Of a DNA stretch of 64,000 nucleotides, positions 11,801-21,855 are shown in pieces. Location: positions 32,001 through 96,000 of the IMG/VR virus record IMGVR_UViG_3300021399_000102. The stretch is one strand, 5' to 3'. Both the position numbers and the translations under genes were made by a program. How positions within the stretch are numbered: the first letter of the stretch is position 1; the number at the start of each line of letters is the position of its first letter. The notes beneath the pieces are model-generated. The model was not told the origin of the DNA. It saw only the letters and a list, made by a program, of their open reading frames with translations, and ran no database searches. Source of the stretch: a virus (lineage: Duplodnaviria; Caudoviricetes).

Positions 11801-13579
11801 CAATATGGGATTGGATTCCGCGAGAATGGCGTGACATATCCAATCCCAACCACTGGCAATTTCAAGTGGGCGCATCTCGTGAAGTCAAAGCCCGAGAGGT
11901 ATCTGGATTATCTTTACGTCAATCGTGGCACGTTGGCATTCAAGGTAAGTGAGGAATCAGAGTCCTTTGCAGAGGCAATGTCAATGATTCCACCGTTCTA
12001 CGTTGATGAGGTCACGAAGAACAAGTTGAACGACTTGAATGATGTTCAGATTCTCAAGGACTATTCTACGTTCATCCATCAAAGCGAAGACCCAACTTCT
12101 GTAAAGGATTGCTCCAACTTCAATCCATATTCAGTTGATGCAATCCTCAAATATGGCGTGGAGCAAAAGGAAATCCACAATTCACACGAAGAGACTGACC
12201 CTGAAACATAGGAGAAAAGAATTGTCATAGATCCAGATGACACAACACCGATAGTCATTTGCGCCAATGAACTTGACTCAAGCAAATCCAGATTGATAGA
12301 GTTGAGCAATCTATCCAATAAGACCCGACTTGACCTTCAGTTCGAGGATGGTGAGTTGGACGACTATCTTAAGATATACACCAACTATGTCAGGGTTGAT
12401 GATGGACATGGGGATTTCCACTATGATCTATACTTCAACATCCAAAATCTGTTCAATTCTCCGTTTGAGTACATTTCAAGCGTGACGAACCAGCCAAATG
12501 TCCTCATAATCCCAGATTCGTATCTCTATCTCCCGGGGGACAAATACATAGACAAGGGAGACCACAACGAGGTCGATCATGAACGGAAGAAGAAAACCGA
12601 AACGCCAAAGATGGATGCCATCAAGAAAGGTGGTCAATTGTCCATCTATGGTCAGGTGAAGGTATATTCAGACGATACCCTTTCTGACGTCAAGACGATA
12701 AAGTTGTTCTCCTACCAAATCTACAACGTCTCTGACGACAAGCCAAAGTTCCTCATTGAGAAGACTTATGACGTGACCAAGGCTTCGCTCCACAACAAGA
12801 CAACGAAGCAAATCAAGTTGGAGTTCTCTGACGTGCTTTGGCAAATAGACGAGAACCAATTTGAGTTCTTGAATGGTACGGATGGGCATCCGGATGAAGA
12901 TCCAAACAGCTTCAGAATACTGAATCAGGATGTGGTTGTTGTGCAGCCAATTCAAGTGAAGTACAACTGGGACAAGGATGACGATTACAGAATCAGGGAG
13001 ATGTCGTTCGACATAACCAACGATATCATAGACTTTGGCGCCGTACCGGAGCTTTGTGGCTATTCCACGCAGGCGAGGACATTGAGAAACGAGTTCTTGG
13101 ATTCCGCAAATAGGGCTTGGAGAGAGCCATATTACGATCATTGGTCAGACAGGACGATGAAATTGGAGGTTGATCCAGTGACGACCGTGCCAAGACTCAC
13201 ATTGTCATTCCCTGATGGTGGGTACAATTTCGAGACCATCTATTTGAGGTGGAAGCTTCCAAAGGGATGTCGCATTATGGACACTTTGGATAGACTTGGT
13301 GGATATGTGTTCAGTTCCACGGCAAGCAATGTTGTGGTTGATTGTGGCAATTCCATGGTGGTTCAGGACGTCCATACAACGATTGGGCATATTGTCGTGA
13401 GGGTGAAGAAGCCGGGAACGATGTATCTTGGACTTGAACATTCCACCACCAAGAGGATGAATAGGTATGTCATAACCAACTTGGCAGATGAAATCAAGAA
13501 CGCCCTTCTTCGTGGAATATTCAACCCAACCCTTGATTCTGCCATAGAGGAAGTCGATGTGAAAGACGCTTCGGATTGA
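5852..13579 (+). CDS. Giant virion protein, possibly baseplate-wedge-like (2575 aa, 8 TAG=Gln)
   Basis: Seven consecutive track ORFs share one frame and are separated only by TAG (5885, 6374, 8567, 9440, 10433, 11309, 11321, 12209); ends TGA; GTAAATA 5837-5843. Function is inferred from context and N-terminal VVDINTCKV / MRGTAGLL motifs. Confidence 0.85.
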
Positions 13580-13611
13580 CAGACAATTTGATGGAAATAT
13601 CCAAAGGGGTA

Positions 13612-13640
13612 TTGACATTCTGACCCAAATATGCGATAAT
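13612..13640 (+). promoter_or_regulatory. Sigma70-like (early) promoter
   Basis: TTGACA-17 nt-GATAAT preceded by AAAGGGGTA. Confidence 0.75.
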
Positions 13641-13677
13641 ATAGGTGTTGTGAGACAAACAAGGAGAAGACACACCT

Positions 13678-14007
13678 ATGAAGACCTACATTGTTGATTG
13701 GCATAACAAGACCAGAAATGGCGCATGGCGCGATTATCGGAAGGTGGTTTGCACCGACGACATTGAATCCTATGTCAGGGACAAGATGAAGTTGGTTGTT
13801 GGATGCTTGGCGTATGGTCACTACAAAGGTACGTTTGACTCTGCCACTGAGGTGCGCGAATCCAAGTCCTTTGGCTACAAGTACGAGGGTATCAAGGGAG
13901 GTGAATATTGGTACTCCAAGGACAATAAGATGGTCAAGGGGGTTGCCACTTGGATGGACAAGTACGACTACAAGTTGAAGGGATGGAAGACCAATGACTG
14001 TATCTGA
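13678..14007 (+). CDS. Hypothetical early protein
   Basis: 109 aa; AAGGAG RBS; no TAG. Confidence 0.75.
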   Translation: MKTYIVDWHNKTRNGAWRDYRKVVCTDDIESYVRDKMKLVVGCLAYGHYKGTFDSATEVRESKSFGYKYEGIKGGEYWYSKDNKMVKGVATWMDKYDYKLKGWKTNDCI

Positions 14008-14401
14008 ATTGGAGAAGAAATACTCCGAAATACAGGGGGAGTCCATTGAGTTGCATGAGCAGCTCAAGCCCCTTCTCAAGAGGTTGAAGATCCTTGCCAA
14101 GAAGTCTCAGAAGTTGGGATATATGATTGACAACGATCAGAACCTCTATACGAAGGAGTTTGGTTCTTTCGTTGCAAAGGATTGGGATGATGGCATTATG
14201 TTTCGGCTCAATGACTTCGACTGCGTGGAAGATTCCATTGAGAGCATAGATGCTGTTCTCTATAACCTCAACCACACAAAGTTCTGGAGGAAGGGTCACA
14301 AGAAGATGGTAAAGGTTCGCATCTCTACTGGTCCGAACTCTACCGCCACAGTTGCCATTCCGGAGGAAGTTATCAAGAGACTTCCGCCTATGGACATGTA
14401 A
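13994..14401 (+). CDS. Hypothetical early protein
   Basis: 135 aa; overlaps previous gene; ends TAA. Confidence 0.75.
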   Translation: MTVSELEKKYSEIQGESIELHEQLKPLLKRLKILAKKSQKLGYMIDNDQNLYTKEFGSFVAKDWDDGIMFRLNDFDCVEDSIESIDAVLYNLNHTKFWRKGHKKMVKVRISTGPNSTATVAIPEEVIKRLPPMDM

Positions 14402-14413
14402 TGGAGAGACAAA

Positions 14414-14815
14414 ATGTCAGAGAAAAAGTCATTCATTGAGGATTTGCTTTCAACTCCACCTTGGAACAAGGAGCAGGAGAAGGTTTTGTTGGAGGATTTC
14501 CGAAAGGGAATCGTTGAAGAGGGTGAATATGAGAATGACGCAATCAAGTGGCAAGAGGGAAACGTCCTTGAGTTCGTTGAGTGCGATCCTGAATATTCAA
14601 CCATTGACAAAATCCCCTGCAAGTGCTGGCTCACTGGGGAAGGAATACTCCACGCCAGGGTAAATGCCGGCTTCTATATTGAGTTCATGCCGCCCCAGGT
14701 GCTTCACTACGCAAAGGATTGTGGCAAGAGGGTTGCGCGAATGGTCATTGACCTCTTTGACATGGAAATTGAACGTAGGGTAGATTACCTTGCGCAGATG
14801 AACTACGGACATTGA
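14414..14815 (+). CDS. Hypothetical early protein
   Basis: 133 aa; GGAG RBS; ends TGA. Confidence 0.75.
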   Translation: MSEKKSFIEDLLSTPPWNKEQEKVLLEDFRKGIVEEGEYENDAIKWQEGNVLEFVECDPEYSTIDKIPCKCWLTGEGILHARVNAGFYIEFMPPQVLHYAKDCGKRVARMVIDLFDMEIERRVDYLAQMNYGH

Positions 14816-14861
14816 TTTTGCTTCGCTCATTGGTTTCCACATTTGTGGAAACTTCCTTTCT

Positions 14862-14886
14862 GGCCGAGGAAATCCTCGGCCTTTTC
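14862..14886 (+). terminator. Intrinsic terminator
   Basis: GGCCGAGGA-AA-TCCTCGGCC followed by TTTT. Confidence 0.8.
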
Positions 14887-14935
14887 TGCTTGAATGGTAA
14901 ATAGAGGCGGACGATATAGGAAGGAAGCACATAAG

Positions 14936-17398
14936 ATGTACAAGAACCACAAAATAGTTGTTGCAATGACAAGCTGGACAAAGCGCATAGGTAATTGCGC
15001 ATAGGTGGTGAAATCTATACTTGAAAATACCCTTAAACCTGATATTGTGTACTTAAGCTTATCCTTGGAAGAATTTCCTCAAAGAGAATTGGCGTTGCCA
15101 TAGAACTTGATAAAATTGTCGAGACAGGAGTCTGCATTCAAAATCAATTGGGTTCCCGGAAAGAATACCAAATCAATGAAAAAGGTATTTCCTATTTTGC
15201 AATATATAGATGATGATGATATAATCATCACTTGTGATGATGATTTGGATATTCCAAAAGGACTTATCAAGTCCAGGGTATAGGATTATGATAGGTATAA
15301 ACAACCAATTACTGCAATATAGTCTCCCAATTCAAGACATGTTATGTTGCACGATATGATTGGAACATGCTATATGCCTGGGATGCATCCAACATCGTTA
15401 TATACTAAACGAATGTTGAAAGGGTTTGAGTGTTTTTATGTTCCTCCTGTGATAAAATACTCGAATGATGATTTGATCTATATGTTTTTGTTGAGACTAA
15501 ATGGATATAAGCAAGTTAGGTGTTCATATTATCCAACGTGGGACAAAAACAACAAGCAGAATGACCAAATTAGGACTTTGTTTCCAGAAGATGACTATTC
15601 TTTAAGAAACACTTATGTTGATGGAAAGACATATAATCAATCATTAAAGGAACAACTTGTTCAATTGATAGACATTGTTTATAAGGCAAAAATTTGGCAT
15701 GGAGACTTCTACAATTTATGTGCTGAATATAAAAACCGAGGAAACACTTGCCTCAATAGAAAAACACTATGTGTGGTCGCCATATAGAAAAATGAGAATG
15801 CCTACATAAATGAATGGATAGAACATAACTTAAATATAGGTGTTTCCCATATATTTCTCTATGACAATTCTTCAATCAATGAACAAATCAAATATTCCAT
15901 TTTGCCTAAATACGAGAATTTTGTTACAATTATAGAGGTATTTGATAAGAAGAAATATCAGCTGTCGGCGTACACAGAGGCATATTATAAATATGCTCCT
16001 GAATATGATTATGTTGCTTGTATAGACGTTGATGAGTTCATAACATTTAATAATGGGATGAATTTGGATAAACTATTGTCGTCTTTGCCAAAAGATTGCC
16101 AGTAGTATAGAATAAATTGGCAGTTGTTTGATGACAATGATATTGTCAATAGAGATGTAAGAAATTCAGTAGTTAAGGATTTCACCAGAAAAATCCCAAA
16201 TAGAAACACTGTAACAAAAAGCATTGTCAAAACTGGGATAAAGGATGTTGCATATACATCAACACATTATTGCTCGTGTAAGTCGAATGGCAGAAAATTG
16301 CCACTGACCACATATTATGGCAAAATGGAATAGTTGAGACAAAATCTTTTTAATGTGGATATGGGTATTTGTGATTATTCCATCGCATAGGTAAATCACT
16401 ATATCACAAAAAGTGCAGTTGAATATGTGGATAGAATAAAACGGGGAGATGCAATAATAGATTATGTTAGGTCAAAGGAAACATATTTTCAATACAATAG
16501 GTATTCCAAGGAGAAAGAACTGGTATTCAATGAATCTAATAGAACATTGACTTATGTGTATTGGGCGAATGATAAAATAAGGGATAATGCTGGCGATTGG
16601 TTTAATCATACTATAATGGATAAGATATATTTCTGCAAAAACAAAGATTATTTGTCAAGCTCAAATATGAATACAAAGATTGATATGGCAATGTGTGGTT
16701 CATTATTGGACAATTCACATACCATGGTTAAAAACTGTCAGTACATTGTTGGATGTGGAGCATAGATTCTCCATAGGAAGCCCAGCAACAATAAAGGTGA
16801 ATCTTATCTTGCTGTAAGGGGAAATATATCTAAAGAATTTCTTGAAAACAATAATGTACAAGTACCAAGTAACGTTGTTCTTGCTGATCCGGGAATTTTA
16901 TTGGGTTCGTTTTATGATTTTAGAAAGTATGTTAAGCAGAAATACGATATTGGAATAATTTGCCATTATATGGATGAACAGAAGGTTAGGGAAAAATATG
17001 GGGATGATCCGAACCACATTGTGATTTCAATGCGTACAACTGATATTCAGAAATTGGCATATACTATTTGTCAATGCAAATTGACGGTTTCCTCTTCATT
17101 GCATGGAATAGTTTTCTCTCATTCATTGGGTGTTCCATGCTATCATATATCATTATCTGAGTTGAACAACAAGTCCGGGGATATAAAGTTCAACGATTAT
17201 TATTCATCGTTTCCATTGGAATATGAGAAATTCGTGTATAGAGACTATAAGATAGATTTCCCAAGAATATTGGAATATGATTCCCATAATAGGGGAAAAT
17301 CAAATCCAACCATCGACATGGTTAAGAAAAAATAGAAGGAACTTTTGCGTGTGTTTCCATTTAAGAACTTGATTCGTAAACAATTCATTTCCAAATAA
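14936..17398 (+). CDS. Tri-domain glycan-synthesis enzyme: GT-A + GT92/Glyco_tranf_2_4-like + polysaccharide pyruvyltransferase (820 aa, 10 TAG=Gln)
   Basis: IVVAMTSWTKRI...IITCDDD; AI(Q)KNENAYINEWIEH...LYDN, IDVDEF, A(Q)VNHYITKS; NAGDWFN, AVRG, DPG, SSSLHGIVFSHSLGVP; ends TAA; GTAAATA 14897-14903. Confidence 0.85.
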
Positions 17399-17412
17399 AA
17401 GGATATACTAAA

Positions 17413-17841
17413 ATGTCGAAGTTAAATATATGCTTGATATTTCATCAAAACATGATATCGTTATGTGTATCAGCAATCAAAACCATACTTGATAGTTAGA
17501 TTGATGCTAATAGAATCTATCTCACGATGTCATATAAGGAATTTCCAAATTGGGAATAGGATTTACCAAAAAGTCTTTGTCATTTAATAATGACATCAAA
17601 TAAGATTATTCTAAATTGGGTGGATGACATATATGGATTCGAGAAAAATGCGATTGCCAAGATTAGGCAATATGTATCAAGTGATTCTGATGTAGTTATT
17701 ATCAAAGATCGAGATTGCGTATTAAAGGATTATATTTTAGAAAAGATGAAACATGTATCAAGAGGATGTGAGTATAAAAACATCAAAGCAAAGCCATAGG
17801 AACATAAAGTCCAAAATCATTCGACATTTTGGTTTCATTGA
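17413..17841 (+). CDS. Short, degenerate GT-A paralog (142 aa, 3 TAG)
   Basis: RIYLTMSYKEFPNWE(Q)DLPKSLCHLIMTSNKIILNWV aligns with the next gene; the DDD motif is altered to DRD; ends TGA. Confidence 0.7.
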
Positions 17842-17888
17842 TGTATAAGAATCTAAATGGTAAATATTCCACATGAAGGAGAATATGA

Positions 17889-19490
17889 ATGTCCACTATA
17901 AACATCTGCATGACATCTTTTCCAAGGCGCATAACGAATTGCGTTCCAGTAATAAATTCGGTACTTGATAATACAGTCCTTCCCGACAGAATATATCTCA
18001 CGCTTTCCCACCAGGAGTTCCCTGGTTTCGAGCAAAGTTTGCCAAAGGAATTATATCACTTGGTGATGACTTCCAACAGGGTAATCCTGAATTGGGTTGA
18101 GGACAACACAAAGTCCATGAAGAAGGTGTTTCCAATCCTGTCATATCTTGAAGACGACGACATCATCATTCCAATTGATGACGACATGCTTCTGCCAAAG
18201 GATTTCATAGAGGCAAGGCTCAAGGACTTCAGGGACAACAACTGCGAACATCCAATCACGTCCAATCTCTCCAAGACAATCAACATGGACAATATGGTGT
18301 TCACTGTCTATTCTCTGGTTCAGAAGAAGATGCTCAATGGTTGGGAGAAGTTGAATGTTCCATTGGTTCTGGACACATGCAACGACGACAGAACATATCT
18401 CTATCTTTGCCATCTCAATGGCTACAAGCTTGTTCCTTGCACTAAGTATTGCTACACGCCGGGAGATTCACATGGAATCGAGAAGCTTCCAATTGCTCCA
18501 AGAAGTGACTATCAATATCAAGTGGGGCCGTTGTATGACAGGATTCTTGCTCCATTGATTGCCAAGTTGTCTGGTGGCAAGACCATACGCGACTGCTTTG
18601 GATTGTTCAATCCAAAGGAAGAGGTTGTAAACGACAAGAAGCAGAAGAGGAATTTCGTGGATGTCAAGCAACTTTCATCTCCATCCACGAGACCAGAGAT
18701 AGATGTTGCAACTGCACGATTGTTCCAATACAACCTCAAGAATCCAATCAAGCACGATTTGGTGTATGTGCTTGGAGATGGAAGCCACTACAAGAACCTG
18801 GAGATAAAGATTTCCATAACATCCATGTTGAAGTTCTGCTCACATTGGATAAATGAAATCTACGTGGTTGGCGAGAATTCAGGAATCAAGAACCCAAAGG
18901 TGCATCACATCTACGCGCCAGACGTTTCAAGAAGCAACAAGGACGCGAACATCATCTACAAGTTGAACATGGCGATATAGAGGATTCCAAAGCTCACTGA
19001 GAACTTCTTGTTCTGCTCTGACGATATTCTTGTCACTCGGAAGTCTGATTGGGAGGATTTCATGCCAAGACAGGTGTTCGAGTACAACCAGAACGACGAG
19101 TTCAGAAAGAGATTGAGGGAGGATACCAAGGACAATCCTTGGGATGAACTCTTGATAGGGACTATGGACAGGTTTGTTGGGAACAGGGAGCATATCTACT
19201 TCTACGAGCCACATATCTTCGCTCCAATCAACAAGAAATACTTCAAGCGAATGTGCAGGGAGATTGACTACTTGAACAGCAAGAATGTCATCATAATGTC
19301 CCTTTGGTTCAACTGGCTTGGGTTGCCCAATCCCCCAAAGAAGTACGATCATATGTCAATATTTAATCAAAGTCAAGCAATGAAGATGAACAAGCTTGAA
19401 CGCCATTTGACATACAACGACAAGGCGTTTGGGGTTAAGGAGTTCAGGGATGGTCTAATAGAACTTGTCACTATGGACGAGTTCAAGTAA
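17889..19490 (+). CDS. GT-A glycosyltransferase fused to a Stealth-like sugar-phosphotransferase domain (533 aa, 1 TAG at 18978)
   Basis: MTSFPRRI...IDDD; HDLVYV, EIKISITSMLKF, I(Q)RIPKLTENFLFCSDD resembles Stealth conserved regions; GTAAATA 17860-17866. Confidence 0.8.
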
Positions 19491-19491
19491 A

Positions 19492-19741
19492 TCAATAGGT
19501 CTGGTCTTTCTTGATGAAGGACTCTACTGCAAGATGGTCTATGTCTGTTTGGCGTAGAATAATTACATTATTGGCAATCATGCATTGATGCTTGGCTTCT
19601 TCCTTCGCGCATTTCCATTCGTATTCTTCGTCTGAAAGTTTAGGGTCTCTCCAAGTCAAGTACATTTCCTCCTTGCCTGTCTCCTTATTGGTTGTGATTA
19701 GATGCTTCAAGGAACTCCCATTCTTTGGAGCATTGTTTCAT
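19492..19741 (-). pseudogene. Remnant of a probable free-standing endonuclease gene
   Basis: The ATG after GTAAATA (19743-19749) is out of frame with the 72-aa fragment; EAKHQCMIANNVIILR resembles C-termini of phage endonuclease-like proteins; ends KKDQTY like the upstream gene. Confidence 0.45.
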
Positions 19742-19759
19742 CTATTTACCATTTTTACA

Positions 19760-20359
19760 TCAATAAGTCTAATCTTTTTTCATCCAAGAGTCTATTTTAA
19801 CCTCATATTTTAGTTCCCGAGGACGAATAACTTTTGTTCTTGGAACTTGGGTCTTGAGTCTTGGACAAGTCTTTCTGAATCCATTTGCTTGAATCCCATG
19901 TTCTATTTCGTGCATGTCAGGCAATCCCTTGAAGATGTAATCAACGCAAGCTGCTGCCTGCTCCATGGCAATTGCGTCATAGACACGTGGATCAAAGTCA
20001 GGGAGTTTGTCCCACCAGTTCTCCGGGAGTTGGTTCTCCTCAATCTCCAGCTTGTACAATGGAGTCTTTGGGTTCTTGTGGCAAGCACCATCTGAAGCAG
20101 AGTATTGCCCAGAGCCAGCACCTCCTGCTCCACCTCCACATCCACCACCCTTGACTTTCTCCTTTATGGTGTCTTCAACCTGAGAGCCTACTTCCTCTCC
20201 TATTTTCTCGCCGATGTATTGCCCAATCATTCCACCAATTGGACCACCGTAGGCAGAGCCAATGGCAGCACCTGCTTGTCCACCTGCCTACGCTCCAATT
20301 TGACCCCCCATTTCCCCACGAGGAGTTTCCAATATGCTTTCTTTTTGTTCGTTGTCCAT
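19760..20359 (-). CDS. Glycine-zipper-containing protein (199 aa, 2 TAG)
   Basis: GGQIGA(Q)AGGQAGAAIGSAYGGPIGGMIG; TAG at 20288 and 19769; ends TGA. Confidence 0.75.
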
Positions 20360-20374
20360 GCTAGATATTCGCAC

Positions 20375-21724
20375 TTATAGGTCTTGTATCAAATCCCATT
20401 GCTTTATTACACACCATATGGAGTTTGTCGAAGGTTCTCGCATTTTCAATACGAATGGCGCGTTTGTTATTGTTGCATAAAGACCATTTGTGTATCCTAT
20501 TTCAGGTGATATTGCGATTTTTATGTTCTTCGATTGTGGAAGTTGGGAGAAAGAGATGATGAAATTGGAATCTTCTGGAACATTTAACAATTCACCTTTT
20601 GATTCATATTTGCATTGTGGTATCTCCATAAACACCAAATCAAAGTTTCTTTGCCCAAGGGGTGGTTCGACTCCAATCGTGGTACCTGCCATGAACACGC
20701 CATTTGTGTTTGGTTGGAGTTTGATTTCTGTGACCCCACGGAGCATTGGTTGGATATTTTGCATCTTGTCCAATTCATCTTCTTCGTGTTCGACCCCATC
20801 TCCAACAATTGTCGTGTTTCCATTTTTCATCATTATCAACAAATCGTTCAATACGCCATCACGCATTGCAGAGAACGCCAGTTCAAGCCGATTGGTTGGA
20901 ATCTAACCATTTTTGTTCACAATTTGCCATTGTCTGAATTGGAGTGTATTCATCTCTGAATTCTTTCCAGCACCTATCTGGACAGAACCTCTTGCAGTTG
21001 CTTCTGCATTGGTGTTTCCTTCATGAGACCCTATAGATATCGCATTGATTGCTGATGCTCTGGATTTTCCACCTATTGCGATTGCGATGTTTGTTACTGA
21101 TCTTGCGCTATACCCAAGAGCAATAGATTCACTTCCAGATGCATAGGTTGCATCCCCCGTTCCTTGTGTCACATCCTCGTTTGGATGCTAGGCTCCGTTT
21201 CCAATCGCTATTGCATTGCTTGATTTTGCTTGTGCATGCCATCCTATCGCAATTGCCTGCGATTTTCCACCAGGAACAACCGCATCAGCATAGTCTCCAA
21301 TGGCGATTGACACTGACCTCAATATGGTTGGCTTATCTATGCCATCTATGTACGATTGGGGGATTTTGGCCTTTGCTCTGAATCCAATTTCGATTGCAGA
21401 ATTCTAATCTTCGCCATTTCCATCTATGAATGTAACTCCAATCTATTCTTTTTCTGGCGAAAGCGATATTGGGGATAGATCAATGGAACGACCCAAATCT
21501 TGCACCACTTTTGGGATGAAATTGGTGTATGTCTGTCCAGAATCATGCCTGGTCATCACCACATTCAATTCGTTTGATTTGACGAATCCGTGTTCATGTA
21601 CAACCTTTTCAATTGTTTCATCCAAGTTCACATCCCACCATGTCTATTCTTGAATGGAGTATGCGTCCATTGTCAATACCATGGATAAAAGAACGAGTGC
21701 AATTTCTATTGATGTATTTTTCAT
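20375..21724 (-). CDS. Fibre/adhesin with YadA-head (Hep/Hag) repeats and signal-peptide-like N-terminus (449 aa, 5 TAG)
   Basis: Three track ORFs in one frame joined by TAG (21644, 21443, 21404, 21188, 20903); repeated SIAIG/AIAIG/SIALG/SVQIG; GTAAATA 21757-21763. Confidence 0.75.
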
Positions 21725-21756
21725 CTTGATTTTGGATTTATGTATGTTATATCATC

Positions 21757-21819
21757 TATTTACAAAATCCTATGGCAAGAAAGATTTCAAGCCCTTCTTG
21801 CATAGGTTTATGGTAAATA
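21757..21819. promoter_or_regulatory. Divergent pair of GTAAATA late-type promoters within an inverted repeat
   Basis: TATTTAC...CCTATGGCAAGAA...TTCTTGCATAGG...GTAAATA. Confidence 0.65.
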
Positions 21820-21855
21820 CCAACATAAGGTTTGTAGATAGGAAGAAAAGAAACC

